A stretch of 64,000 nt of DNA from Octopus vulgaris. Lineage: Eukaryota. A model generated the notes under the pieces. The model made no database searches and was not told where the DNA came from. It saw nothing but the letters and a program-made list of their open reading frames with translations. Location: NCBI GenBank assembly GCA_951406725.2, contig OX597824.1, positions 1,178,001-1,242,000 of the forward strand, written 5' to 3'. Each line of letters opens with the position of its first letter. Position 1 is the first letter of the stretch. Shown in pieces: positions 13,796 to 27,895 of the stretch. Both the position numbers and the translations under genes were made by a program.

Positions 13796-16210
13796 TTAAA
13801 TAATAAATTTCTGGAAAGTTTTACAGATTTTTACAGTTCCACTGATGGATTGGATCTGTAGTCTTCGAATCAGCATTCTCGTTTCTGGTTTTGAGAAGTC
13901 TAATTTCTCAAGATTGGCATTTAGGCAGTGTGTTACATAATCCAAAGCCCCAATAATTACAGATATAAACCTGAACTTGTAATCTGGATAGAGTAACTGC
14001 AGATTTCTCAATAGTTCAGCGTTGGTGTTCTCTTTTTCACTGATCTTCAGCTTTATTTTAACATCCGCTAGGCAGCTAATTTCTACAACTGTACACAGTT
14101 TCTCTTCTCTAACCCAAATCATTGTGTCAGGTCTGTTGTGTTTTGAGGTTTTATTGAGGTTTTCACTGGGACATTCCATCAGTATTCCTTTTTATCGTGA
14201 GTGACTATGGCTTCTACCATATTGTGGGTTCTTATTTCTTTGTCCTCGGAATTATCCTTTCGACGGATCTCGTTATACAGTGTCCTAGCTTCAACATCAT
14301 GTCTCATCGGTAGATAGTACCCTAATGTCATTTTCGGACAACTGCTTATGATGTGAGTGATATCTTCGGTGTTACCTTCTCAAAGTCTGTATCGGTTGTC
14401 ACATTTTACTGCTTTTCCTGCATCTCTATCCCTTTTGTGCATCAGGTATTTGGTTGATGTTTCCTGTTCCTGGATTGCAAACGCATACCCTTCAAAATGG
14501 GAGGTAGTAATCCGGTTATTGGTCCATGATAGACTGCTTTGATGACCGATGTTACTATCATCACGCAGCTTTCTACTAACATACCCATGCATAGTCTTCT
14601 GCTCATAAAGTCTCATCCTTTCCTCTAATGATACGTTGCGGTAGAGATGTACGACATCTTTGGGCATGTATTCTAGGTTATCAGAGAAAGAATGTTGCTC
14701 AAAGAGCTGCCTTCCAGGTATTATGATGCTATCAGCCTCATCTATGCAAACTTGGTCAAGGGATGCACTTCGACGCTTTCTGGTTAAAAGATGTTGCCGA
14801 AGGGATATGATGCCTCTGCTGCTTTGTTTTCGTTTTAGGCAGAGGCCGTCTACGTCACTGTTTATGTGGAAATTACGTGTGCTTGTTAGTAGATTCCCTA
14901 TTTTCACATCAATGGCTCGGATCTCATCAAGCGTCCAATCAAGCAGCCTAAATGTTGCTATGGGTACTGTCACTGCACACATAATGTGGGTCACTGTTTT
15001 AATGAATGCAGAGAGTGCTGAGGTCCAAATTTTCTTTATTCGGCTGTAATATTCTTTAGTGTAATATTCTTTTGTTACATGTGCCATTGTAAGATATATT
15101 TTCATCCACCTCGAGATACCTGAAGCATTCCTCGTCAAATACAATGGAAACAGTGAAATCATTGATGGAGATGTTACTAGTCTGGTTTATAGTTTTCCTC
15201 AATTTTCACAGTCATATAACAACATTTATCCTGACCAAACTCCAACCCAACATTCTTTGAGAATGTTGTAACTAGGTCAAGGCTCTTTTTCATCTCATGC
15301 GTATTCTTTACATAAAGTCTTAAGTCATCCACAAAGAAACTGTGTAATTTTGGTATTTCGGTTTCCTTGCGAACCAGTGAGATATCTATCAGACTTCCTT
15401 AACACGAATAAAAAAGGGTTTACAAAAAGTATAAACAACATCACAAAGTGGCTGTCTCCTTGGATTATATGCCTTTACGATACTGTATTCTATCAGTGAT
15501 AATACAGTCACCCTTTGTGTTTAAATTCACGATGGTGACCCACGATGAAGTCAAGTCAGTTATAACTTTGACTATTCTCACTAGAACTTTAGCAAGTTGA
15601 AGGGCTTCTAGCATCCATGTGTGGAGAACAGAGTCAAAGGCTTTCTTGTAGTCCAGCCACATTTAATCTAGGTTCCTCCTATGCTCTCGCACCTTTGACA
15701 TCACAGTTTTATTGATTAACAATTGCACGGCACATCCCCAGACTCCCTTCTTCCCAGCTGCTTGTTCTGTTGCGATAATGTTGTTGGTTTCACAATGGTC
15801 CTGAAAGAAGAGGTTTAAATATGCTATATATATCTTACACATTAAGTTCTGGCGTGCAGTTGGCCGGTAGTTTTTGCCATGTGGGTGGTTCTGCATTTGG
15901 GGATCAATTTTGTATCTGCCAGAGCTAGTCAGTGTGGTATGCTACTGTTCCCAATGAGAGATTACTGGTATAGATTGATAAGATATGCTCGGTAGAATGT
16001 TTGCTTCTTGTACTAATGTTCAACAATCAAGTCTCTTCCAGGTGCTTTTTCCATTCTGGAGTTTCTGGATCACAGTTGCAAGACTTTCACCATCAATGTT
16101 GTATGTTTTGCATTTAACGCCGGAGCAATAACTTTTTCGGATTTCTTCCAGACACAGAGAATCTTGGTTAAATTCTTTCTCTTCACTCCAGATTCCCCTC
16201 GAGAAGCAGT
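13796..16210 (-). mobile_element. R4/Dong-like RLE non-LTR retrotransposon, fragmented
   Basis: NYRP, WLDYKKAFDSV, VDDL RT pieces; FAIQEQE, KHNRPD...VVEISC, IIGALD restriction-like endonuclease end; many frameshifts. Confidence 0.85.
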
Positions 16211-16211
16211 T

Positions 16212-16245
<34 letters not shown>

Positions 16246-16315
16246 TGTATGTATGTATGTATGTATGTATGTATGTATGTATGCATGTATGTATGTGTGT
16301 ATGTATGTATGTATG

Positions 16316-16348
<33 letters not shown>

Positions 16349-16349
16349 G

Positions 16350-16525
<176 letters not shown>

Positions 16526-16533
16526 AATTTCAG

Positions 16534-16715
16534 GGCCCCATGGAATCCACCAGAGCATTTACTTTGATAAAAGCACTGTAATACTACAAGCGTTGGTCAG
16601 TTTTAAAACTGCTTCGACAGGTCATTTGAACATAGATGTGACACTGGGCACTGAGCCTCCCATTACCAAAACATACGCATTAACATCAACTGCAAATGCA
16701 ACCGGCGCCAATTAT
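16534..16715 (+). CDS. Exon 5; C-half of R3
   Basis: tttcag acceptor; (G)[24 protein letters not shown]...TGANY; gtaagt donor; phase 1/0. Confidence 0.85.
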
Positions 16716-16809
16716 GTAAGTTTTTTTAATCTTCTTTTTACAATCAATGAAAAAATCTCGATTTAATTAATTTTATAATTACTTTTTGTATTTTTGTAAA
16801 AACTGATAG

Positions 16810-17575
16810 TGGATTCTAAGGCCTCCATAACTCCACGGTCTCTTTTGCATACCACCCTAAGCTGATTTCCTCTGCTTCGATACAATCCTAGCGACTGATC
16901 GAACCTCTCCCACCCTTTTTTCCAGGAAAAGCACAGTCTAACGGCGTGACTCTTCGGCGGAAGGTTCCGTGCACTGTCAACATTTCATCTGAGACAGAAT
17001 CTATCAATTTCGCTAATTCTGTGGAGGCTTCCAGAGTATGTTACGATCTTGCTATTTCACTCATTGTTCGACCGTGGTCGAGACAATGGAATTTACTATG
17101 CTACGCCAGACTTCACGGTCCATCATAGCATTACGGAGGTCCTGTTGCTGGATGCCTGTAACCCTGGAGATTACATCAGGGTAGGAGTGTGTGCGCCTTC
17201 TGGTATCGCGAGCAGATGGCTTCCAGAGGAGAAGAGTAGAGATTACCTCGCTTTCAGCTCTACAACAATGTCCAGTAAACTGGACTCTTCTACCTTTCAC
17301 AAGAGATGATACAGGTGGTAATTTCCCATATATATGTACTTTGGTTGGATGACGCTTCCACGAGAGATTTTGAGCTCTCATAAGGAGGCGAGTGTAAGTT
17401 CCATCCAACCACCTCTCGAGCTTCTTTGATAACGTCCAGGTTTCTGAGCCATATAGTAGAATTGGTTCGACTGTGGCTTTGAAGATTTTAAGTTTGAAAT
17501 CTCTACTTAGATTTGATGACCAGATCTTATGCATATCATTACAGGCTGACCAGGCCATACCCTTTCTAGTTAGAA
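16810..17575 (-). mobile_element. RTE/RTE-X LINE 3' fragment
   Basis: RKGMAWSACNDMHKIW...VEPILLYGSETWTL...DREVWR, plus 3' UTR. Confidence 0.85.
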
Positions 17576-17911
17576 AATCTGGATTAACTTTATGATCGAG
17601 TGAAATAGTCAAGATGCTGGCATCTGCACTGGTACATTAAACGAGTGATGGATGTTATATTGAAAAGGAAAACTCCAGGAGCAAAATGTCTCAAAATCTT
17701 ATCTCACTTGATTACTCTGTCATTGTTCTGGAGACACTATATTATTCTTTCTCTAAAAAGCCTATTCATTTGAAGAATTCACTATTAGAAATGATGAGGT
17801 AGAATGAGGCTATTGGTATTAATGGCTTTCGCGTAAAAAGTGATTTCTTCCAAATTCAAGCCTAAACATTTACTTTGGCCCCATTCCATCCCTTTATTAT
17901 TACTGGATCTG

Positions 17912-18132
17912 TAAGGTTGCGAGCTGGCAGCATTGTTAGCACGTCGGGCAAAATGCTTAGCGGCATTTCGTCCGACTTTACGTTCTGAGTTCAAATGCCG
18001 CCGAAGTCGAATTTGCCTTTTATCCTTTCGGAGTCGGTAAATTAAGTATCAGTGATAAACTGAGGACGATGTAATCGACTATTCCCCTCCCCTCAAATTT
18101 TAGGCTTTGTGCCTTTAGTAGAAAAGATTATT
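17912..18132 (+). mobile_element. SINE family B
   Basis: Homologous to 10563-10797. Confidence 0.8.
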
Positions 18133-18178
18133 ACTGTATCTTTGTGTATGAATTTGGATTTCTTTATTTATTGAACAG

Positions 18179-18432
18179 ACTAATGTAGTGCAAAATGTAT
18201 TGAGTTTTGTGGCACCCATTGCAAATAGAACCAGTACAGATGTGAACAAAGGGGAAGCGAAAAGAGTGGTCATACAGTTTTATGTCTCCCCAGAGACATT
18301 CCAAGGCATGAAATTTCAAACGAGAGTCGACAAAATTGGAATGGTTGAAATTTGTGACTACAATATCATTCATTCTGGTGTCAACATACCTTGTTTGGAC
18401 CGGGCGCTAATTAAAGGACAAAATATTTCAAA
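18179..18432 (+). CDS. Exon 6; N-part of R4
   Basis: gaacag acceptor; TNVVQNVLSF...ICDYNIIHSGVNIPC...QNIS(K); gtaagt donor; phase 0/2. Confidence 0.9.
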
Positions 18433-18615
18433 GTAAGTTTTTTTCGTATCACAAGGATCCCGTGCGCACGCACCCATCCATTTCAAATTGAGGCTTCAGG
18501 TAAGAAATCGAGTTTAGTTCTTCAAGGAATAAAGCAATAATTATTATATTCGTGTGCGTGGTGTGTATGAATGTATAACACCACCACCACCACCACCACC
18601 ACCACCACCACCACC

Positions 18616-18647
<32 letters not shown>

Positions 18648-18819
18648 TGTTTTTATATCTATTTTGCCATGCTTGCAAGCGTCAGATGGAATTCATTGAA
18701 TCAGATTTCCTAAAGCCAGGATATGCTTCCTGTTGCCAACCCTCGAGTATTCCTGAATAAGGTAATGGTTCTCTATGGGCAGACATGTTTTCCCAGAAGA
18801 CTGGAAACGAAGGAAACTG

Positions 18820-18916
<97 letters not shown>

Positions 18917-18959
18917 ACACACACACACACATACCACGCCTACACTCATATATGCATAT

Positions 18960-19172
18960 CAGGGGTGCTGAAAAGCTCCTGGCTTTGGGTAAAGGAAAAT
19001 ACAGGAGGATCAGTTAATTATGATTTCATTCAACATATTCCCCATCCCAGATTCACACACTTATTGTGGCGGTCCTTCAATTTTTCTAAGACCTGCAAAA
19101 GACATCGGAGTTTGGGCCTTTAATCAACCTTTCGGGATCTTCTTAAAGCCAGAAACATTTCGGTGCCCCTCC
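18960..19172. mobile_element. mariner-type MITE
   Basis: Imperfect TIRs aggggtgctgaaaagctcctggcttt / aaagccagaaacatttcggtgcccct. Confidence 0.65.
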
Positions 19173-19675
19173 TATTTATACAAATAGATTAGGTGATTAC
19201 CTGACCGATCAGGCTATCACATGTTGTTACACATTACTGGTCACATTGCGCAACATGAATATATGACTGTTTATGTGTGTATATGTGTATGTGCATGTGT
19301 GTATGTGTATGTGTGTTTGTGTGTGTGCTTGGGTACACACATGTATGTATATCTGTCACATCTGTGATTGAAAGATCATATCTGCATGTTGGAAATCCAA
19401 TAGAAACAGATGCCTTGGCTGGACCAGGGGGAATGACTGGTACTACCATAGTGTATCTCTGCGTTGAAATCGTTTGGCTGTTGTTTCTCGAAAGCTTTGT
19501 AAATCACATAAAGGCACTCTTCACTAGAAGATACCACGATCAAGTCGTGCTTTCCCGTATTATAAATAGACTTTTGCATTCTCCGGCTTTGTCATGGATT
19601 GGAGTCTCCAAAGTACCTTCCATATTGAAAATAACTTTCATATCGTTTTTTTTTCTTATTGTTTCAAAATTTCAG

Positions 19676-19745
19676 GGAAGAATGGAAGATCGAAGCGAAT
19701 ATTTGTTCGTGGCCAGTCAATGAGGAAGATCCGGAGAGTAACAAG
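19676..19745 (+). CDS. Exon 7; middle of R4
   Basis: tttcag acceptor; (K)EEWKIEANICSWPVNEEDPESNK; gtgagt donor; phase 2/0. Confidence 0.82.
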
Positions 19746-19814
19746 GTGAGTTCAAAATAATTCTAAATAGCATTTAATATTGGTTGTAATTGCAAATTTG
19801 TATTATTCTAGGTT

Positions 19815-20062
19815 TAGAACAAAATCGGTGGCGTTGACAACATTGCTTTATGGAACTGAAACTTAAACTCTACCTCGAGTACATCAATCAGCTTGATGGT
19901 TTTCATGTGCGATGCTTGCGTGCAATCTCCAACATAAAACCTTGTGACCATATTCCTAACATTGAGGTACCAGCAAAATGCATTGAAGCCATCCTCATCA
20001 GGACACAGCTTGGATGGTCAGGTCGTCTCTCTTGTATGAATGATATCAGAAATCCGAAGTGA
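19815..20062 (+). mobile_element. RTE (BovB-like) LINE fragment
   Basis: LDGFHVRCLRAI...IPNIEV...IEAILIRTQLGWSG...RNPK. Confidence 0.7.
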
Positions 20063-20080
20063 TTCCATCATATATATATA

Positions 20081-20207
<127 letters not shown>

Positions 20208-20252
20208 TATATATATATATATATATACATATATTTATATACATATATATAC

Positions 20253-20312
<60 letters not shown>

Positions 20313-20359
20313 TATACATATATGTGTATAAATATATATGTGTGTGCGTGTGTGAAAGA

Positions 20360-20615
20360 AAGCTTGAAAATGCAATTTTAAAGTTGTTTATTGACTTGAC
20401 CGGTTTCACTTTTTTAGAAAAGATTGTCAAAAGTAAAATGTAAAGCTTTGTATGAGCTTTGTTGTGTTAAGTACTGGTTGTCACCAAAGTATTAAAATAC
20501 AGTTATGCATTCATTGATAATAATAAGAAAATGTTAAAAACAGTTCACAAGAAAGTATTCAGAACGGAACTACAATAAGTATTATGAGTTCAATAAAAAT
20601 CATGTTTGTTTGGTA

Positions 20616-20670
<55 letters not shown>

Positions 20671-21140
20671 AAGGAGATATATTTAAGAATTTACAAAAAA
20701 GTCGAGAGGAATAACTGACGTGTACGTCTGACATTTTCTGTCTTGTGTATAGCTAAGGAATGCTTGCTATTTTAAGAGATAGTGTGTGAGGTTGGTTGGG
20801 GGAGAAAGAGCAATGTGGAATCAAAAGGATTTTTTTGTTTCTGAGTTAGTCTGTCATGGTTCAGTGGTTTTTGAGACTAGTCTTAGAGATCATAATGGTG
20901 TGAGTGTGTGTGTCTCTGTGCACGTCTCTGTGCGTGTGTCTCTGTGCACGTCTGTGTGTGTGTGTCTCTGTGCACGTCTCTGTGTGTGTGTCTCTGTGCA
21001 CGTCTCTGTGTGTGTGTCTCTGTGCACGTCTCTGTGTGTGTGTCTCTGTGCACGTCTCTGTGTGTGTATATACATTAGCTTGTGTTTTACTAAAAAAGTC
21101 AAACCGGTCAAGTTAAAATTGCATTTTCAAACCTTCTTTC
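20360..21140. mobile_element. Penelope-type remnant with inverted ends
   Basis: 20365-20420 is the reverse complement of 21088-21135 (aaaaaagt-aaaccggtcaagt...aaaattgcattttcaa); sits in (TA)n. Confidence 0.55.
20905..21067. repeat. Minisatellite, ~24-26 bp unit (tgtgtctctgtgcacgtctctg) x6
   Basis: Six gtgcac-containing units are visible. Confidence 0.9.
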
Positions 21141-21261
21141 CTATATATATTTTCATTCATGCGGTGCCTTACAACTTTACTTTGTTATATATATGTATGT
21201 TTATATATATGTATATATATATACGTATATATATAAATGTATATATATGTATATATATATA

Positions 21262-21298
<37 letters not shown>

Positions 21299-21454
21299 AA
21301 ATATATGTATATATATATGTCTATATATATGCAAATATATATGCATATATATATATATTTATATATGTATATATACATATATATGTGTGTATGTGAGTGA
21401 TACATATATGATATATGTGTGTTTGTATGTCTGTGTATTCTCTGTTTCCCAAAG

Positions 21455-21616
21455 GTTCAAGTAGAAGCTATCGTCAAAGTGCCCAAGGACAGCGCCATCC
21501 CATTAAACGACGTGATTAGTGTTATAACTGATATTTACATCAACGATTCTCTGGTGGAGACCTCACAAGTGCAGCTCACCGTGGTCGATGCATTTACAGA
21601 AGACTTCATGGATTGG
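21455..21616 (+). CDS. Exon 8; C-part of R4
   Basis: tttcccaaag acceptor; [12 protein letters not shown]...TEDFMDW; weak gttcgt donor; phase 0/0. Confidence 0.8.
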
Positions 21617-21804
21617 GTTCGTATAGTTCCATTATATGTGACAAACCGTTGCCTGGTTTTCCTATGTAAATCACTTTGTTGTCAATGTCTGTGTCATAGA
21701 AGGACTTATACTGACCTCTGTGATTTGGCTTTTGCTTCTGTATCTGCATTCTAAAATTGAACGTTTATATCTGTCCATCCATGTCAGATATCTATCCATC
21801 CATG

Positions 21805-21878
<74 letters not shown>

Positions 21879-22387
21879 CATTATCTGACAAGGTTGAACC
21901 CTTTATTCGCAATATTACAGAATCTGTAACTTAACTATGTTTTGTCTATAGCACTTATTCAGCATTACCTGACACCCTTGGGTCTCAATGACACCATTAT
22001 CTCTTATAGTTATAGTTATAAATAAGGGACAAGAGACAAAATTTTCTGTGCCAACATATTGAAAAATAGAAACTGAATCGTGTAGCCACATAAAATATAT
22101 TTTCACTTATATTATTACACCACGTCACGAAACGAGGAAAGCAAGATAACAGAAACTCATAGAAATATTGTTATAGTGGAATCGGTTCCGATTTCTGGGT
22201 TAATCCCAAAGAGATTCTTCCTTAATCAGCGAGGAACACAAAAATGAAAATAAATGAAATACTTAGACATAACGACGGAAAAGCAGATGCAAAGACATGA
22301 ATACGTTTAAGAACCACAAATATATCCGAATAGAAATTCCGTAGCAAGCCTCGACACAAGTGTAGTCGGTCAGTGTGTGTTGTGTGC

Positions 22388-22421
<34 letters not shown>

Positions 22422-22533
22422 TGATAAAAACGGTAAGATAACAAAAGAAAGAGACCTCGATATTATGTAAATAGAGGAATTTATCTGTGGCTACCGAATA
22501 ATTGTCACATATTACATTTATAGATATACAGTG

Positions 22534-22748
22534 GAGGGATATAAATATTCGTACATGTCAAAAATCTTTATCTAATTTCTAATGAACGTAAATGGAATAT
22601 ACCAATACTATATATGCAAACACATGCAACTAATAAATTATAGTAACTAAGGAATTTATATACAATTATAAATATTTAGGGGTGAAAAAAGTTCATTAGA
22701 AATTAAATAAATAAAGAATTTTGACATGTACGAATATTTATTTCCCCC
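22534..22748. repeat. Inverted repeat in (TA)n
   Basis: aaatattcgtacatgtcaaaa...ctaatgaac versus gttcattag...ttttgacatgtacgaatattt. Confidence 0.8.
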
Positions 22749-22937
22749 CAGAGTATATATATATATATATATATAAAACTGCTATTTTATTCCACACAGG
22801 AGTTCGTATGATTGTGTATTTGTATATATTAATCAATGAAATTCCAACTTAGTCTGATTCTTATGTTTTATATTTTGCAATTTTTACAATTTTACAATAT
22901 TTACATAAACTTGTACTTTCATGTGTTACGCAGCCAT

Positions 22938-23002
<65 letters not shown>

Positions 23003-23315
23003 TAAATTAAAAACAGAGCACAAACGATTTTGCAGTACACGTGTTTCAAGGTTTATAAACAATCCGTTATTACATCAGTGTATTATTGATATAAAAGATG
23101 ACTTAAAGCACTCTTCAGCTGCAAACATTATTAGTCCAAAGATTACATCACAGTATAAAAGGTACACATAGTATTACCCGTTATGATAGATTTATCGTAT
23201 CTCCTTGAAAAAGTAAATTTGTACAATTTTATAAATGTGTAAATGTAAAAAGATTCATTGGATTTCAAAAATCTACCCATACTGTACCACCATTCAGCAT
23301 AGAGTACCTACTTGA

Positions 23316-23351
<36 letters not shown>

Positions 23352-23365
23352 TGTATGTATGTATG

Positions 23366-23413
<48 letters not shown>

Positions 23414-23421
23414 GGTATGTA

Positions 23422-23461
<40 letters not shown>

Positions 23462-23940
23462 CGAGGGGGTACTCAAAAGAAATCGGAAATTTGCAATATT
23501 ATTTTATTCACTTTTATCGCCTTCAACGTATCCTTCAAACGGTTCAGATGCGTTTTCCACAGTTTTTATTCGTTCGAGAGGTCGATGGTCACCCTGAACG
23601 CGGTTGGTCCGCAAGGGACAAATGAGCATTCCTAAACCGTGAAAACCACTTATAAACTTGTGTTTTGCTCATGGCATCATGGCAGCGGCCTTGTCAGCTG
23701 TTTGAGGCTGGACAACTGTTTCGGCCGCTGTTTTCCCAGCGGAAATCAAAATTTCACGGAAGCATGCTGTTCCTTGGTTTCAGCCATCTCAAAGATCGAC
23801 AATCAGGAGAGAAACATTGCACCGCGACTTTACTCGGTAGAGCTGAGGGTTGCATCAAGTGGGTTCTAGCGGCGGAAACCTGAATTACAACAGGCTTGCC
23901 CCACAGAGGACGTTTCCGGTTACTTATGGGTACCTCCACG
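23462..23940. mobile_element. mariner-derived non-autonomous element
   Basis: Imperfect TIRs cgagggggtactcaaaagaaatcggaaa / tttccggttacttatgggtacctccacg; TA on the left. Confidence 0.65.
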
Positions 23941-24062
23941 CATATATATATATGTGTGTGTATGTGTGTGTGTGTGTGTGAAGGTGCATGGCTCAATGGT
24001 TAAAGCGTCGGGCTCACAATCATGAGGTAGTAAGTTCGCTTCTCGCACCGGATTGTGTGTCG

Positions 24063-24208
24063 ACACCCACCCACCCCCTGCCGGAGCCTCGTGGAGCTTT
24101 AGGTGTTTTCACTCAATAAACACACGCAACGCCCGGTCTGGGAATCGAAACCGCGATCCTCCGACCACGAGTTTGCTGCCCTAACGACTGGGCCATTGCG
24201 CCTCTACA
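24063..24208 (-). mobile_element. SINE family A, 5' part
   Basis: Reverse complement of the head of 2861-3228; a second tRNA-type SINE head lies at 23980-24060 (+). Confidence 0.8.
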
Positions 24209-24437
24209 CACACACACACACACATATATATGTGTGTGTGTGTGTGTGTATGCATCTCTTTTACTCTCTCTTTTACTCTTTTACTTGCTTCAGTCATTTG
24301 ACTGGTCTTTGCTGGAGAACCGTCTTGCAGCGTTTATCTCTTCTGGGGACCCCATTTCCCCCCAATTACTTGTGTGTTCGATGATTTCTTTAATGTTTGT
24401 CTGATGTCTAACAGTTCAATTTTGTTTTACATTGTAG

Positions 24438-24744
24438 ATGACGAATGACAACACAACAAATTTTATAAGTCTTTCTGGAACACCAGTTACGAGCGCTGCG
24501 ATTGGAGAAGTCTTTGATTTGAATATAAACTTATCCATTCCAGTTAATTCAACAAGCCTTGTTAAATTCAATGTTTCTGTACCAGTGAGCGAAACTGCAC
24601 GTATGACCATACAAGATATTAAATACAATGGCTCAGACGAAGATATTGCTTGCCAAGACTTCGCTGAAGCTAATTATGCCTCAACCAAAAGTACCAGTCA
24701 AATGGATATGGGCGAAATGGATTTTGGTATTGTCACTAATACAG
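24438..24744 (+). CDS. Exon 9; N-half of R5
   Basis: ttgtag acceptor; MTNDNTT...AAIGEVFDLNINLSIP...MDFGIVTNT(G); gtagga donor; phase 0/1. Confidence 0.9.
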
Positions 24745-25024
24745 GTAGGAGGCTGTGTGGCAGATATTTTAATAACAATAGCTGGCAAGAGATACGATAG
24801 ACAAAGAATTGGGATGTGTGAGTGGATAAATTCGCATGCGTGTAAAAGGAGAGTGATACATTGTTAGAGCTACGGGTGGAGCTAGTGAATGGTAAACAAG
24901 AATGAAGACGTACCACGAACTCATTTAAATAACAACAATACCATAAATGTTTGCAATGGAAATTTTTTCATCAATTCAAATAGTTTCAATGCAAGAATTT
25001 GTTACTCTTATTATAAATCGCAAA

Positions 25025-25238
25025 AAGGTGGTGAGCTTGCAGAACCATTTGCTTATTGCATCAAACGGCATTTTGTCTGTCTTTATGTTCTGAACTCAAA
25101 ATCCGCCACGGTTGATTTGCCTTTCGTCCTTTCGGGGTCGAATAGCTAAGTGTCAGTCAAGATCAGGGATCAATGTAATCAACTTCCTTTCTCCCCTCAA
25201 AACCCCCCAGACCTGTACCAACATTAAGAGCCATTATT
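25025..25238 (+). mobile_element. SINE family B (diverged)
   Basis: gagcttgcagaacc...gcctttcgtcctttcggggtcg. Confidence 0.7.
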
Positions 25239-25466
25239 AAAAATCGCAAAAGGACAGAATACTGGCTTGGTCGTTCGCATGTAGAAACAAAAATGCATTA
25301 TGGTATTTGTTCTATATTTTTACGTTTTAAGTTTAAGTCCTGCCGAGGACAACTTATTTTATCTTTTAAGATCAAAAAAATAAAGGACCAGTTACGTATT
25401 GGTATCGATACTATCATCTAACCCGTCTCATAAAAATTGTTTTAGAACTAGTACCAAAATTATTAC

Positions 25467-25517
<51 letters not shown>

Positions 25518-25536
25518 GTATTAGTATTATTATTGT

Positions 25537-25589
<53 letters not shown>

Positions 25590-25801
25590 TTATTATTATT
25601 ATTATTATTTTCTTCTTTCAATCTTGCTTCTATTTCTTGCCGAGTGTCTTCCCGACACCTAAGGCAAAGAAAAACACTGCATCAACTGGTAGACCATCAA
25701 AACAAAGTCATGTGATAGAAAAGGCTGGGGGAGAAAGAAAGAAAAGAGAAAAAAAGGAAACAAGAAAACAAAGAAAATAAATGGGGAAAAGGAAAGAAAA
25801 T

Positions 25802-26000
25802 TCACAGCAACAATGCTCTTCGCAATACGTAGGATGTCCTAGTTAAGGCCATCTTGTGCACTTCCTGCATGGATGGTAAGCCAGGAAAGATCCTCAAAAA
25901 ATTTTCAGTTCCTTTTTGATCATTCCAAGAACTCCTACAATTATTCGTATTGCAACCATCTTGAGATGCCACAATCAGAATTTCAATCAGAATATCTTTA
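25802..26000 (-). mobile_element. R4/Dong-like LINE 3' fragment
   Basis: KLRKYKD...QEVHKMALTRTSYVLRRAL RLE C-terminus. Confidence 0.65.
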
Positions 26001-26019
26001 TACTTTCTGAGTTTATCAA

Positions 26020-27822
26020 ATTCTATTGCCAAAGCATACGATATGATAACACACTCCTGAATAATATGAAGAATGGAAATGAATGGAGTAGCAGAGAATA
26101 TGAGAAGCCTTATCGGAACAGCATGAAATGCTGGAAAAGGAATTGGCAGCAGGTAAGCAGGTACTAGGGAGGGAGGTGAAAGCCAAAAGAGGAATCTTTC
26201 AGTGGGAGGGTGTGTCCCCACTGATATTCGTGCTAGGAATGATCCCCTTGAGTAAAAATACTATAGAAAACAAAGTTGGGGTATAATCTGGGAAGAGGTA
26301 AGGGAAAACTAAACCATTAGCTTTTCATGGACGACCTGAAGCTATTCACAAAAACTGAGACAGAACTGGACAGCCTAGTCCAGTCTGTGCGGATTTTCTC
26401 CAATGATATTAAGATGGAGTTTGGGATCTCAAAATTCCTACGATGGTGATGAGCCGATGAAAGCTTGGCAGTAGAGAAGGCATAGGGTTGCCAAGTGGTG
26501 AAAGGATGAAGGCAATTCAACCTGAGACCAGCTATAAATACCTGGGAATACTTGAGGCAGATGGAATCAAACACCACCACAAAAACAGAATACCAGAGGC
26601 AAGTGAGAAAAACAGTGACTTCAAAGCTGAATACCGGAAACATAATTTCGGAAATATATTCGCGCGGAGTCGCAGTAGTTCGGTATGGCGTTGGAATCCG
26701 GAAGTGGACAGAGGATGAGCTAAAGGAGAAGGACAGGAAGTCAAGAAAGCTCCTAACGATGCATGGAGCCGAACATCCACGTGCAGACACTGATCGCTTA
26801 TACATGAAGAGAGCAAATGGAGGAAGAGATCTGATAAGTGTGGAAGATTGCATGAGTATCGAAATCGAGAGCTTAATGAGATACCTAACCCAAAGTAAGG
26901 AAACCTTGCCAGTGAGAGTTAGGAACGAGGGAGTATTGAGAGCAGAGAAAAATGGAAAAATCAACGGAAGGAGTACAAAAATGACATGAAGAAGAATTAT
27001 GCAACAAGCGCAAAAAGGAACTACATAATCAATTCTATGTAACCACATCAGAAGTTGCTGGGAAAAATAGGCGGAATTGGTTGATGAAAGGAACCCGAGT
27101 AAAAGAGACCGAAAGCACTATACTGACAGTGTAGGACCACGAACTTGAGGGTCAACCTGAGGAATGAGCAAGTGTCCCCGCTGTGCCGCATCTGCTATAG
27201 AGTGGAAGAAACCATTGTCCATATCACGAACGAATGCATTGGAGTTTCCTAAATCTACTACAAGTTGTAATGACACGACCAGGTAGCGAAAGTGCCACAT
27301 TGGGAACTGCAAAAAGTGGGGGCTAGAGAGAGGCAAGACGTGGTATGAGCACAAGCTGCAGAGGGTGGCGGAGTCAGAGACTAGCAAAATACTCTGGGGG
27401 TTCCCAATCCAAACAGGTCAAGTACAAGAGCATAACAGACCGGACTTGGTGGCGGTGGAGAAGGAGCATCACATATGCTATATAGTTGCAGTTGCATGCC
27501 CCTTTGACCCGCGAGAAGTCAAGAAGGAAGGTGAAAAGATAGATACAACCCCCTGAAATACGAAAAAGCCCTGCTATGGAAAACAAAGAAGGTTAAGATA
27601 GTGCCAATAATTGTTGGGTATTTGGGAACAGTATCAGGAGGCACCAAGAGGAATATAAAGGAAATCGGAGTAGATCTGTTACAAAAGGTTTGCCTCCTTG
27701 GCACGGCTAGAATAACCAGGAAAGTATTAGATAGCTGAAAAGAACAGATAGCATGGTACCATGAGCTGCAGGTACGCATGCAAGACTTCAGGAGCTCCAA
27801 CAAAACCTGTGATAAAGTGAAA
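26020..27822 (+). mobile_element. R4/Dong-like RLE LINE 3' half, decayed
   Basis: KAYDMI, RGIFQ, LFMDDLKLF, YKYLGI, HPRADTDRLY, HNRPDLV...VAVACPFD, QKVCLLGTARI; ends in (AAT)n. Confidence 0.88.
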
Positions 27823-27861
27823 ATAATAATAATAATAATAACAATAATAATAATAATAATG

Positions 27862-27895
<34 letters not shown>

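Noticed and set aside
19370-19620. Possible extra exon (GNPIETDALAGPGGMTG)
   Set aside because: No good acceptor, and exon 6 joins exon 7 in phase with repeat continuity; probably decayed repeat
20905-21067. CRISPR-like spaced repeats
   Set aside because: Eukaryotic minisatellite; the spacers are just (TG)n and there are no cas genes
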